This document shows positions 44,494 to 58,258 of a stretch of DNA of 64,000 nt, in pieces. The DNA comes from Fistulifera solaris (taxonomy: Eukaryota), in NCBI GenBank assembly GCA_030295235.1, contig AP026128.1:744001-808000 (forward strand), read 5' to 3'. Both the position numbers and the translations under genes were made by a program. The stretch's first letter is position 1, and the number at the start of each line of letters is the position of its first letter. The notes under the pieces were generated by a model, which saw only the letters and a list, made by a program, of their open reading frames with translations, had not been told where the DNA came from and did not search any database.

Positions 44494-45583
44494 ATGAAAG
44501 AGTTCACACTGCCCCCGGGAGAAGGAAAGAAAGTCTGCGTCGGAGGAGGCGCTGGCTTCATCGGCTCACACATTGCGAAGCGTCTCAAAGCAGCTGGTTA
44601 CTACGTAGTAGTCGTGGACTGGAAAGAGAATGAGTTTATGGAGAAGGACGAGTTCTGCAACGAATTCATTCTCGATGACTTGCGCAAGCTGGAAGTCGCC
44701 TGCCGAGCCTGCGAAGGATGCACCCAAGTGTACAACTTGGCGGCCGATATGGGTGGTATGGGATTCATCGTCTCCAACGAGTCGGTTCTGGCCTTCAACA
44801 ACACGGCCATTAGTATGAATATGTTGGAAGGAGCTCGTCGTGCCGGAGTCAAGGACTTCTTCTACGCTTCTTCGGCCTGTGTCTACAACGAGGCCAAACA
44901 AGAAGACCCCGCGAACCCCGGCCTCATCGAGTCCGATGCCTGGCCGGCCCGCCCTCAAGACATGTACGGACTCGAGAAGCTCTACGCCGAGGAAATGGCA
45001 CTGGCGTACGGACGTGACTTCGACATGAACATTCGTATCGCTCGCTTCCATAATATCTATGGACCGCGGGGTACCTGGAAGGGTGGACGTGAGAAAGCCC
45101 CGGCTGCTTTTTTGCCGAAAGGCATTGACCAGCACCGACCACTTTGAAATGTGGGGAGATGGAAAACAGACACGAAGTTTCACTTTCATCGACGACTGCG
45201 TGGAGGGCGTTTTGCGTCTCACCTTTTCGGATTGCAATGTGCCTATCAACTTGGGTACCACCGAAATGGTAGACATGATTGAATTTGCCAAAATCGCCAT
45301 GTCCTTTGAAGAGAAGAATTTGCCAATCAAGCACATTGACGGCCCCATGGGAGTCAGAGGACGCAACTCAAACAATGTGCTCATCATGGAAAAGTTAGGA
45401 TGGGAGCCTACCATCAAAATTGCCGAGGGCCTCAAGAAAACATACTTCTGGATCAAGGAGCAAATCGAGAAAGAAGGTGGCGATGCAACCAAGTACTCTC
45501 ACAGTGAAATCGTTCAGCAGGTGGACGATTCTTTGATGCAGTTGGGTCATGATAAAAGTACTGCTGTCGAAGGAACAAAGTAG
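44494..45583 (+). CDS. GME: GDP-mannose 3,5-epimerase (one frameshift in the T-run near 45110)
   Basis: GGAGFIGSH, NLAADMGGMGFI, YASSACVY, YGLEKL, GTWKGGREKAPAAF, WGDGKQTRSF and GPMGVRGRNS. Confidence 0.95.
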
Positions 45584-45648
45584 GACGAAAGAGTACTGTC
45601 GAAGATTTAGCAATAGTAAACTCTAGCTTGTTATCGTCAAACTAAATT

Positions 45649-47991
45649 CTATTTTCGGTAAATATTGCGGCTCCACGCTTTCGGTAGATCTTGGACTTTG
45701 ATCACGCGACGGTACGCAGGCCGTTTAGTATCATTTGCTGTGCTACTTTGCGGAAAATCCAAAAGCTTATCTACAAGCTTTGGAGGGTTACCTTGAGTTA
45801 GGCGTAATAAGACTTCCTTTGAAACAAGGCCCTCTTTTCTGCATTCTTCGAATGAGTACTCTACGCATTTCTTTCGGAGATCACCGGGAGGAATGAGGTT
45901 ATTGCAGCATTTTAACCAAAACGCATATGTGAAACTGTCCGGTCGCACCAGATTCGATTTTCTCATTTCCTGATAGGTCAGCGTAGCAACTTGAAATGCT
46001 TCGAGTTTTTTGGTCTCTTCTATAGTGTTCGCTGCACAATTCAAAACGTAATTGTAATGATATTGGTTGGGTCTCAAATCAGGATCGTTTGTTTCCTCGT
46101 ACAGTTCGAGTAACTGAACTAGGAGTTCACGAGCCCTCACTACCGAACCATTCGTCCTTGCTAGAGTGAGTATAACCATTGCAAATGTTCGTGCGTTGGG
46201 CCTCAAAGCATTATCTTTCGTCTCCTGGTATCGCTGGAAGGCTTCAGACAATAATTCCTCAGCCTTTTCGCCTGATTGTGGGTCAGTAGACTTGGAAAGG
46301 CATTCGATCACTGAGGTGTAGGAAATCACATCGGGCTGGCACAGCTCGGATTGTTTCATACTTTCCAAAAGCAAAACAGCCTTGCGTGCTGCATCCCGGC
46401 TATTCCCCTTCGCGTATGCGTTGATCACCATATTGAACATTCGGTTAGTAGGCTGAAGCGAAATGTCTCCGCTGTCCCATAATCTCTGAATTCGCATCAA
46501 TGTTGCTTCTGACTGTTCTGCGACATCTTCACGATCACTCTGAATCCAACACTTCATCAAAGTATTGTAAGTGAATACGTTGGGTTTAATAGCAGGTTGC
46601 TTGTGGCAGTTGTCTTCCATGAACTTGACAATTTCTGACACTTTTGCAGCGCTAATTCTTTGTCGTCGCTACGAAGATAGGCGTGGACTACTGAATTGTA
46701 GGAGATAGCATCCGGAGTCAGGTTAGTGCACTTTAAGCGTACTTCATCCATGAGCTTCAAAATACTTTCCGCCATGTCCGCGCGCCCTTGTCTTCCCCAT
46801 GCCGCCATCACGCCGTTGAAAGCAATTAGGGACGGTTCCGAGCCAGACGGAAACGCCCCTTTATTGAACCTATCAATCATTTCTAGAAGAATGTCATTGG
46901 CTCTGACGGCCCCACTCGATACTGAGTTCTTTGCCCAGGCTAAAATGGCATTGCAATAGGTGTCGGCGTCCAAAAATCAAATGAGCTCCGTTTTCGATAT
47001 CTTCCGTAGAAAGAGTCAAATTGAGTGTTTTCATTTTGTCAAGTAAACCTTGCGCCTCGCTAGCACTACCGGCCGATCCACTCTTGCTCCAGACTTCCAA
47101 GGTCCAATCATAGCACTGCATGAGCGTCAAACCATCCTCAGTTCTTTGTTCGATGAGCTTCAGTAGTTCGCAAGCTTTTCTCGCGCATTCTCCCTCTTCC
47201 AAGTTAGCTTGCTGCCATGCAAACGCGTGCAAAACATGTTTGTAGGATTCAACTGGTAGTATTCCAAAAACTTGCTCCATTCGTTTGACTAAACTTTCTG
47301 CGCGACGTGCATAATCGCGTTCTCCTCGAGGCGTCGAACAGACAGCGTATGCCTCTAAAGCAAGGTTGTAGGTCGCAAGGGAGACATCAGAAGGCGATTT
47401 GAGTTCAATCAGCTTCTCTAATAAATCTTCGATTTGATCTGCAGCACACGTAACATGCTGGTCGCGCATCCAGCGGAATCTGCCTCTTCTAAGAAAAGCG
47501 TTCATTGCAATACGAAAACTCTCCTCGGTGGCCGTGTTGATGTCAATTAAATGATTGAGCATAGTCAGAACACGTTCAGCTCCGTCAATGTCGGTATCCA
47601 GGATTTTCGGACGGACGGCTCTATCGCGAGTGAGCTGCTCGTCAATATTTTCTTGCCGTAACTTTAGAACACGTGTCATGTCCTCGTTGAATCGCTGATT
47701 CAATTCCGATTTTAAAGGGTCAAGTCGAGACGACGTTTTTTCGCTCTGTTCTATTTCATCTTCTCTCTGGACTTGAATACTAGAGGTGATTGCTACTTTT
47801 GTTCTAGCAAAAGGCGGCAAAATCGAGCGGTTCAACGTTTCCACAGTTCGAACCGAAATAATGGTCGGGCTAACCCATGCTGCACATGTTGCGCGGGCCA
47901 GGAGAAACTGTACTAGTAATACATAACAATATCTCTTCTTAAGATGGGAGGGACTCTCTGCTCGTCTCCTCTTGCGACGTGGGTAATGCAT
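45649..47991 (-). CDS. Pentatricopeptide-repeat protein, probably organelle-targeted (two frameshifts)
   Basis: Repeats PDAISYNSVV, PNVFTYNTLM, PDVISYTSVI and PDSFTY across ORFs 46894..48018, 46557..46973 and 45649..46641. Confidence 0.85.
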
Positions 47992-48164
47992 TGTATGTAG
48001 TAAGTGACAAGGTGACATTTATCACGCATTGAGCATCGATAAATAATACGGAGTAGTAATCTCGATGGGGACGAAAAACGCGTGTTATCCTTTTGATGGC
48101 AAAGCGACCAATCATGAATGGCGGTCTGACCGGTTTACGGTGTCAGTCAATCGTGTCAGAAATC

Positions 48165-49365
48165 AGAAAATCTGGACCAGTTGTATTTTCACGTTTCCAG
48201 GAAATGTGGGGAGTGCGGTGTTTACAAGTGATCCAGAAAATCTGGACCAGTTGTATTTTCAAGTTCCCAGGAAATTTGGGGAGTTGTATTTATACGTGGT
48301 CCAGAAAATCTGTACCCAAGATATCTGGATCTGGGGGAGTGGTGTTTACACGTGGTCCAGAAAATCTGGACCAGTTGTATTTTCACGTTCCCAGGAAATC
48401 TGGGGAGTTGTATTTATACGTGGTCCAGAAAATCTGGACCAATTGTATTTTCACGTACCCAAGATATCTGGATCTGGGGGAGTGGTGTTTACACGTGGTC
48501 CAGAAAATCTGGACCAACTGTATTTTCTCGTTCCCAGGAAATCTGGGCGGGTGGTGTTTACACGTGGTCCAGAAAATCTGGATCAGTTGTATTATCACGT
48601 ACCCAGGAAATCTGGGCGGTTGGTGTTTGCACGTGGTCCAGAAATTCTGGACCAGTTGTATTTTGAAGTTCCCAGGAAATCTGGGGGTGTTGTATTTATA
48701 CGTGGTCCAGAAAATCTGGACCAGATGTATTTTCACGTACCCAGGAAATCTGGGGAAGTGGTGTTTCGTGGTCAAGACATTCTGGACCAGTTGTATTTTG
48801 AAGTTTCTAGGAAATCTGGGGGTGTTGTATTTATACGTGGTCCAGAAAATCTGGACCAGTTGTATTTTCACGTTCCCAGGAAATCTGGGTGAGTTGTGTT
48901 TCGTGGTCCAGAGAATCTGGACCAGTTGTATTTTGAAGTTTCCAGGAAAACTGGGGTTGTTGTATTTATACGTGGTCCAGAAAATCTGGACCAGTTGTAT
49001 TTTCACGTTCCCAGGAAATCTGGGAGTGTGGTGTTTACACGTTATCCAGAAAATCTGGACCAGTTGTATTTTCACGTTCCCAGGAAATCTGGGGGAGTTG
49101 TATTTATACGTGGTCCAGAAAAAATGGACCAGTTGTATTTTCACGTTCCAGGAAATCTGAGATATCGATATGGACACGTGGTCCAGAAAATCTGGACCAG
49201 TTGTATTTTCACGTTCCCAGGAAATCTGGGGGAGTTGTATTTATACGTGGTCCAGAAAATCTGGACCTGATGTGTTTTCACGTACCCAGGAAATCTGGGC
49301 GGTTGGTGTTTGCACGTGGTCCAGAAAATCTGGACCAATTGTAGTTTCTCGCTCCCAGGAAATCT
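48165..49365. repeat. ~1.2-kb minisatellite of alternating 34- and 35-bp monomers (69-bp dimer)
   Basis: ccagaaaatctggaccagttgtattttcacgttc + ccaggaaatctgggggagttgtatttatacgtggt, repeated about 17 times. Confidence 0.95.
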
Positions 49366-49458
49366 GAGGGAGTGGAAGAATTGCTACACCAAGAGTCATT
49401 GACTAGCAACTTAGTTTAACGTCGAACTATAAAGTTAAATGAATCTAACCCTAACCCT

Positions 49459-51008
<1,550 letters not shown>

Positions 51009-51205
51009 TTAAGTCCTATCCACGTTGTAGGTGCCTACGCATTCAAGTAAACCGCTAGAACTGATTCAGACTGGTTGCCTCAAGAGATTTTTTACTTTTC
51101 GAAATGAAGCAAGATACCTGGTATATTTTTATAAAAAAACTCGCTCAAAAAAATCATGGTACGAATGAAAATAAAATTTGTTACTCCGTACTTATAATGT
51201 TTGCT

Positions 51206-53191
51206 TTACTTATCAGCGTAGACCTCTTCCGCATCGCTGTCACTGTCGTCGTCATCGTCTGCATTTTGTCGAGCCTTTCGGAGTTGTTCCTTCTTCTTGG
51301 CAGCAGCCGACTTGGGGTGGTTATCGTCTTCATCATCGCTGTCTTCATCCTCATCGTCACTGTCCTTCTCAATGTGTGCATTTAGCATTTCTTCAAATAG
51401 AGTTGGTTCGTCATCGAGAACAGCGTCGTCCGGATGAACTTTGTACTCCGGTAATGATGAAGCATCCAAAGTAACCATTTCCACCCGCTGCGTTTCGTCA
51501 ATGCCCACGTAGCCATCCGATTTGACAACCAAATCAAAATGATAGGTGCCCTTCGGTGGCGCCATGAATTTGATTTGATGTACGACGTTCTTATTGGGAT
51601 TCAAAACCTTCTCAATCGAAATGATTTTGCCCTCTTTCAACTGACCCAGAATGATCCAGAATGCTTCTCGCTTCGGGAAGGGAAATTTGGGAGCGTGGGT
51701 GAGGCCAGCCTTTTCACCGTCCGCCAAGTTGTTGCGCGTGATTTTCACTTGCACCGTCACCAGATCGTTTTCGTACACTTGATCATCTTCATCATCGTCC
51801 ACAAAGACTTTGCATTCCACTGTAATATCTGGGAATATTTTCAAAAAATCGCGAACGTCCTTCTTTTGCTGATCCGAAAATTTCGACAAGCCTTTTCTTT
51901 CATTCTCGGGAATCGCACAATATTCCTTGATCGTCGAAACCTTGGTGGCGCCCTTTTCACATTGGGCCACCTCTTCGGCAGTGAAATGGGGAATCTGTAG
52001 CAAGGGAGAGTCTTTGACCCACATGGCTTGCGTGACATATTGTCCTAACTCGATGCAGTTGATGGCGGTCTGGAGGGCATCCTGGTGTTTGCAAACAGAA
52101 ATCATGGCATCGATCAAAGAAGGAGCCATTCGTAGCATATATTTTAAATCGTCCTTTTCCTGTTCCATCTTCGCCAAGACTTCGGTTTGACGCAAAAGAT
52201 GCGCATGCATTAAAACGTTGCCTTTGACACAGACAGGGTGGTTGAACTTGGGCTTTTGCATAGAGCCCCGGACCGCGTTCATGAGAGTAGCAATGGCTTG
52301 TTTCTGTTCCGCCGTCTTCGGGATGTTTCGCTTTCGGAACTCAGCACTTCCCGCCAACACCTCGGGCAGCGCTTTGACGATCGAGTTCTCATTCAAAGCA
52401 TGGTGGAACCACGAGTAGGTATCGTACATGACGTTCTTCTCACCGTACTTGCTCGAGTCGGAGTAGTAACGCCACACAAAGTAAGGGATAAGTACCACCA
52501 TGAAGAGCAAGTAAGCTACGAGAACCAAGTTTCGGTTCTTACTGTCCAACAAGAAGGACGGAAGACCAATAGAGACTTCGAGTGACTGCTTTCCGTCCGG
52601 ATTTCCGTACTTTTCCCAATTTTCGCGCGCTGTTTCGTCCGTGAGCGCTTCGTAGGCTTTAGAGACCATCATGAACATGGCTTCGGCGGCACGATCTCCC
52701 GGATTCTTGTCAGGATGGTACTTGAGCGATAAAGAACGATAAGCCTTTTTGATGGTTTTGTTGTCTGCACCCGCATCAATTTGCAAGATAGAAAAGGGAT
52801 CAAACGAATTGACTTGCCCATCTTGCGATACCGAAATCAACAGCCAAATGAAAATAAGAGTGAGCACCGAAGTAATGCCAAGGTTAACCAAGAAACCTTG
52901 AGATTTGAGGGTGTTGGCGGCTCGTGATTCTTTCTTTAGTTGTTCGGCTTTTTTCTTTTTCCGCGCTGGTCCTCGAAACTGCACCGACCGCCTCATCGTC
53001 AACTCCGAATAGCGCTGATAATTCGTTTGAAGATGGAATACCATGCTGCAAGTGAAAGCAGGATGAACTTGTGAGATACATTTGCTAACTATCGTTTAAC
53101 AGATTAAAAGAGAAAACTTACAAGGAAGGATGTAGAACGAGATGGTACTCAAGGCAAAAAAGTAAAATGCAGAGTTGTCGTATTGCAGCAT
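51206..53191 (-). CDS. SEC63: ER translocon-associated J protein SEC63
   Basis: First exon MLQYDNSAFYF, then FDPFSIL...YHPDKNP...KYGNPDG, a Sec63/Brl domain and an acidic tail. Intron near 53047-53121, with a frameshift in the 5' part. Confidence 0.93.
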
Positions 53192-53944
53192 TGTAAATCA
53201 CTCTTTGACGACCCCTGAAATTAAATCCGTCCCTTGCTCTTTTTAGGGGATCTCTGAATACTGCTCTTATGCAACTATAATTGATTTCGAACTTCAAAAG
53301 TAGATCGGCCGAATTGTTTGTTGTTCGTCCAATCGCGTCCGATAGTTTTTCGAACACACGCCCGCGTTGTGCCTTCAACGAGGACGAGAAAGAGTGGCGT
53401 TGGCGCCAATTACGTAGGGTCTACTTTTTGTGGTACTGTGCTCGCTGAAAGGGACTCAAAAAAATTACCTCCAGGAACCTTCCACGCGTAGCCAAACACC
53501 CTGTAAAACATGTACTGGGTGCTACATGTGTCCCGGGAAAATTGTCCTTCTCTGAGTCACGAGTCGTTTAAGTGGGTGCAGTCTGTCCGTGCACCCTTTG
53601 CTGCATTTTGAAACGCACTGTGACAGATGAAAATTTACGAATACCGCTCCGATTCCGTGACTACATTTCGATTCGATACAAAAGGTAACCTACTCTAAAG
53701 CTTTAGTGTGAATTGACCTGGCTTTTTCCCCCCAAAATACAAGGGGACTGCTCATGGTTTTTTGCTCGCATTCATTCGATTCTTCTGTCGTCATAACTGT
53801 TGTCATTGCGCTTCTCTTTCTTGAGGCTTCAACTTCTGATATTCTTGGTGAACTTCAAGGCGTCTTGGATCAGTCTTTAGCAGCGTTGTTAACGATTTGC
53901 GCAGCATATTGACGGCGAAAAACGAGAATTCAAAAGGATCGCAC

Positions 53945-55195
53945 ATGGGATCTTCTCAATCAACGCAACGTGACCCAGTCATCTTACGCGAGAAAGAGAT
54001 TGAAAGAAACAGAGTGTTAATTCCACCTGTCTTTGGTCTTCCTAATGTTCAACTGCCTCTGTCTTCTTCGGTGCGGGGACGACTCCCTCGAGGCCATCCG
54101 TCTATGATCGAAATCCTTCGACAAACCGACACTTCCGTTCGCATTTTACAAGATTATATGAAGACGGGTGTCTGGATTGAAGCCAACTCGCCGTCGGGTT
54201 CCCTCGTACACGCCAGTGTGCAGCCAGAGAAAGGAACGGCATCGGGTAACATTGACGTGGCGTTCCCTATCAAGGGAGACCATTCTGTAGAGATATCTGG
54301 AGGAACCGATCACGCTCCGACTATGAAATGTAATTTCAACTGGAAGAATATGATCTGGTTGGTGGCGCAAACGGATGTCGAAGGAAATAGTTGGTGCGGA
54401 GTCAATGCTGCGAGACGGTTCAATTTTTTTGAAGCTGAGAATAAAGATCACGAATTGCATGTGCAAGTCGGTTCATGGGTGACGGGTGCCCCGACGAAGA
54501 CTTCGACGACAACACGGATAGTGCCAAAGAGTGCGAATGGATACGCCGTTTTGGATTACTTGGGCGCTACGGCGGCTATCGAAGGCATATTTCCGCTGCA
54601 GGCCGATACCAACCAGGATAAATGGTATTGCGATTACGGAAATGCGCGTACTCGATCCTATCTGTCGATTAATCTTTCAGATCAAACAAATGATGCAACA
54701 CCGCCATTGCAATTGACATTGGAGCGGTCCGAGTCCGCCACGGGTCAGGGAATGGCCGAATCATCGATTGGTCTATCGCAAGTCTTTTCTTTGGACCGAC
54801 CGCACGTCAACCCCATCGAGCACCGAGCACCCAAGGTGCGCAATACATTGGGATGGGCCATGCGGATGGAACGAGATTCGCATGCGAATGCGCGTGTATC
54901 TTTAGGGCTGGCTTGGCAAGTCAATCGGGCGGTGGCAGTTAAGGCAGTTGTGCAACCGGACAATCTAACCACCGCGCTACTTCTCAAACGATGGGAACAA
55001 CCACGTATCTTATGCAGTCTACTACATCGAGTTCATTGGAAGGATGACAAGAAAGGATACTTTGGGATTGGTTTAGAAGTCGAAACGACACCGAATCGAA
55101 CATCGAAAGCGTTTTATTATCCTGACAAGTTAAACGTATTCCCCGTTCCCTCCCAACAAGATGTACCGGAGACGAAAGCGACATTGGATCATTGA
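53945..55195 (+). CDS. Putative beta-barrel outer-membrane protein, resembling plant mitochondrial OM47 / porin-related proteins
   Basis: MGSSQS start, VLIPPVF, ILQDY, many amphipathic beta-strand-like segments, and LAWQVNRAVAVKA...LLLKRWEQP...YFGIGLEVE. Confidence 0.55.
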   Translation: MGSSQSTQRDPVILREKEIERNRVLIPPVFGLPNVQLPLSSSVRGRLPRGHPSMIEILRQTDTSVRILQDYMKTGVWIEANSPSGSLVHASVQPEKGTASGNIDVAFPIKGDHSVEISGGTDHAPTMKCNFNWKNMIWLVAQTDVEGNSWCGVNAARRFNFFEAENKDHELHVQVGSWVTGAPTKTSTTTRIVPKSANGYAVLDYLGATAAIEGIFPLQADTNQDKWYCDYGNARTRSYLSINLSDQTNDATPPLQLTLERSESATGQGMAESSIGLSQVFSLDRPHVNPIEHRAPKVRNTLGWAMRMERDSHANARVSLGLAWQVNRAVAVKAVVQPDNLTTALLLKRWEQPRILCSLLHRVHWKDDKKGYFGIGLEVETTPNRTSKAFYYPDKLNVFPVPSQQDVPETKATLDH

Positions 55196-55242
55196 ATGAT
55201 CTGATGCTATTAATTTCGTATTTTGCTTCTTCAGATTTCTCG

Positions 55243-56395
55243 CTATGAGGAGGTAGAGTCATCTGACGACGCCCACTCCCTGGGATTCTTTAAAACTTCG
55301 GTCAACTTTGCCTCGGGACTGTTTGGTGTTATTTGGTGATTGTATTCGAATGCAATGACTGGAGGAGCGGATACCATAACACCTTCCACACGAGGATTAC
55401 TGTTTGCCAAACCAAACTTGACACCGCGGTCGTATAGCAAGTTAAATTCTAGATACCTTCCTCGCCGAAGTAACTGCCATTGTTTTTGTTGTTCACTGTA
55501 TTTCTCTTGGCCTCGCGCCTTGACAATGGGAAGCCAGGACGGCATCCACGTATCTGCAACACCTTTAACGAAGGCTAGTGTCGTTTCCGAAGCCATCATG
55601 TCGTCAAAAGATTCCTCCCGTACCACGATGCTCGTTGCGTGCGGGTAAATAGAAGTAATCGTCGCAGTCCTTCTTCATGGTCTCGTACGTGAATTCCGCA
55701 TGATTTGGCAAGAGTTCCTGGCAAAGATCTCGGTACATGTTGTGAAAGGCTCGAATGTCATTTTCAAAAAGATAATAAGGAGTAAGATCGGCACCACCTC
55801 CAAACCAGGCCAAGAATTTCCCTTGACCCGTGCGTACCATGAAAATACGCACATCCGAACGAAAGGTGGGAACAAGAGGACTCCGTGTATGAAACACCAG
55901 ACTGAGTGCAGCTGCAGAGTAGACATCTCCCGCCACGACGACATCTTCGGATTGCCGAGCGCGTATCGTCGCTGCTCGATCCGCCGACAAAACGCCTTCC
56001 TTGATTACTGTCAGCGAGCACGCACCCTTTTCGATAATGCCTCCGCCTTGAATGACACGAGTAATTCCTCCACTTTTCAGTGACGTGTCAATACAGCCAT
56101 CTTCTTGGGCAAAGATGCCCCAGCCATCCCGTGAGAACTTGGATCCATTTTCGATGCTTTCGATCTCGCCAATGATCTCATTTTGTTTTTGTTGGAGAAA
56201 GTCAACGAACTCGTCGAAAAGAATACCGGAAGATTGTTTCGTGTTCTTGTTTTCGACAGACTTGCTAGCTGTTGATAGAGCGGGCGTTTTCGAGCGAGAA
56301 GATGCATGAACGTAGGTAGTTGGAGGAAGGTATCCAAGCACAAAAGATGACGAGAACAGCCCAATTTTCAAGCAACGAAAAAGGGTTCGTTGCAT
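55243..56395 (-). CDS. hemF: Oxygen-dependent coproporphyrinogen III oxidase (one frameshift near 55610)
   Basis: WFGGGADLTPYY, CDDYFYLPARNEHRGTGGIF, WQLLRRGRYLEFNLLYDRGVKFGL. N-terminal presequence. Confidence 0.95.
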
Positions 56396-56546
56396 CTTTG
56401 TTGCCTTCGTTCGTTCTACAGGCTCTCTAGATTCTAAATATTAGAGGGGAACTTTAATGTTGGTTGCCTAGAGAATGAAATGTCAAGAAGGAATGAAAGA
56501 CAAGAGGATGACGACAAGAAGGGCTGCGACCGACGAGCTTTTTCAA

Positions 56547-56900
56547 TTTTTTCCTTGACAATCCCCTTGCAAAAGTTACGGATTTTACTTAACAGTACGA
56601 CATGAAAAGTGATAGATTATAACTAGCAAACAAAAACCGCTTCATGACTATGGCTGGTTGTGTAGACGGGAATCCTTAAAGGACCATCGATTTCATTCAA
56701 TTAATTAAGGTTATATGGATTAAAAGTTGAATAACCTTAATTAGATCGATCGTCATGAGCGTACCCTTATGGATTAGACTGTACATAACGAGCTATAGTT
56801 AAGAAGCGGTTCTTGAATGCTAACTACAATTCATAATTTTTTGTGTCGTTTTACTAAGTAAAATCCGTAAGATTTTGCAAGGGGATTGTAAAGGAAAAAA
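56547..56900. mobile_element. Foldback MITE-like element, copy 2 (same family and orientation as 27030-27382)
   Basis: Ends ttttttccttgacaatccccttgcaaaagttacggattttactta / taagtaaaatccgtaagattttgcaaggggattgtaaaggaaaaaa. Shares the core aaaagttgaataaccttaattagatcgatcgtcatgag with copy 1. Confidence 0.88.
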
Positions 56901-58258
56901 GAAAAAAAGCAGCCCCGTGAGATCAGTGACGAGAAAATAATAATGATGCGATGACAATATTTACTCCGTATTTAAGTCAATCTAACGCACACTAACGCAC
57001 ACTTTCGAAACGATTAAAGAACAATCATTACCCTAGCTGCTATTGAAGACCAAAGGAGACGAGAGTCGCAAGCGTAGCAAGATTACTGCTTATTCGGTTG
57101 CGCACGACGTCAGTGTTCTCGTGACGGCCATCGCGATGACGAATTCAGTGTGCTTTCTACCCACTAATCATTCGATATCTTCAAAACAAAGGCTGCGACC
57201 TTTTATTCTTTGCTATTTTTCCATGCTCGGCCACGGGAGACTTTGACGAATTAGGGAAGACCACAGAAGGCTTATTATGCCATTCTAGTTTATCAAACTA
57301 TCTTGCTTGATCAACGATTCACTGTTCAAGAAACACAAGACGCAATGACTCAAGGCCACGTTTCGCTTAATTGAACGAAGTTACGGCACATAACGCTCCC
57401 GAAGCAACAGAAGGTGCATGTCGTAGTAATTTCTGATTCGAACGGAGTATCATCGCGGTAGTTGAAAAGCGGTACACGAGCACCGAGCGCTCTTTCTTGT
57501 TGCAGAGTTGCGGTCTCTCCAAGAGCTCTCAATCCAGCTATCCTGATACTTTTACATGTGATGAATACTTTTCCAGCAAAGAACAACGGTCAAATGATAC
57601 ACGATTGAGGAACATATCTCTAACATTCGTTGCTTGATTACGTTATTTTTTACGACCATCCTTTCGATGTAACGCTCAAGGTACCACTTTCTTCAAACTG
57701 AAAAAATTGTTGAAAATTTATCTTGTCTTTGCAGACACAACTTGATTGCAAAATGGAGCGCTTTCGCGAAGTTCCGTAGCCAACTCACTACCCGATTTGG
57801 CGGTTCGATACTAGCACGATTCTCGACTAAAGCTTCCTTCTTCTCAAACTTGTGGCGGAGTGAGCTACCTACAAAATGTGTCGACCCACGCCATGGCAAA
57901 GGCTTTCAAACCAAATTTGAGCTTCAAGACACCTTCATGTCCAGTACGCGGTTTCATTTGTGTCACAACACTGTATGATGCGGATGACTGGTCAACCCCG
58001 GATGGTTAACTTTTCGTAAGGACGCTGAGTTCTTTGAATGAAAAAACTCGCGCAAGTTGCAATGGGCCGTCGAATAGTTTCTGGAATTGTAGGGCAAGAG
58101 TCTATAATCCCCTCATAAATAACGAGCAATCCATTAGATAAGCGATTCCTGACTCCCGACCGTGTGTTGCGCTCGATGCAAATCTGAAACAGGCAAACAA
58201 CGATGTTCGGTTGAACATATCCAAATTGTTCGCCTAGAGTGCACCGCAGGTATTTTCG

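Noticed and set aside
44566..45492. 308-aa antisense ORF over GME
   Set aside because: It is a shadow ORF expected from the strong codon bias of a highly expressed gene, with no recognisable motifs.
48065..49367. 275-355 aa ORFs on both strands as real genes
   Set aside because: They are explained by a stop-poor 69-bp repeat, are open in several frames at once and shift at monomer indels.
49445..49458. Telomere-like ctaaccctaaccct
   Set aside because: Only about two units, lying in the KRR1 3' region, which is compatible with chance.
57250..58220. Possible decayed minus-strand gene between the foldback element and the GT-B gene
   Set aside because: Only short stop-interrupted fragments with no motif I can assign, so it is not supportable as a feature.
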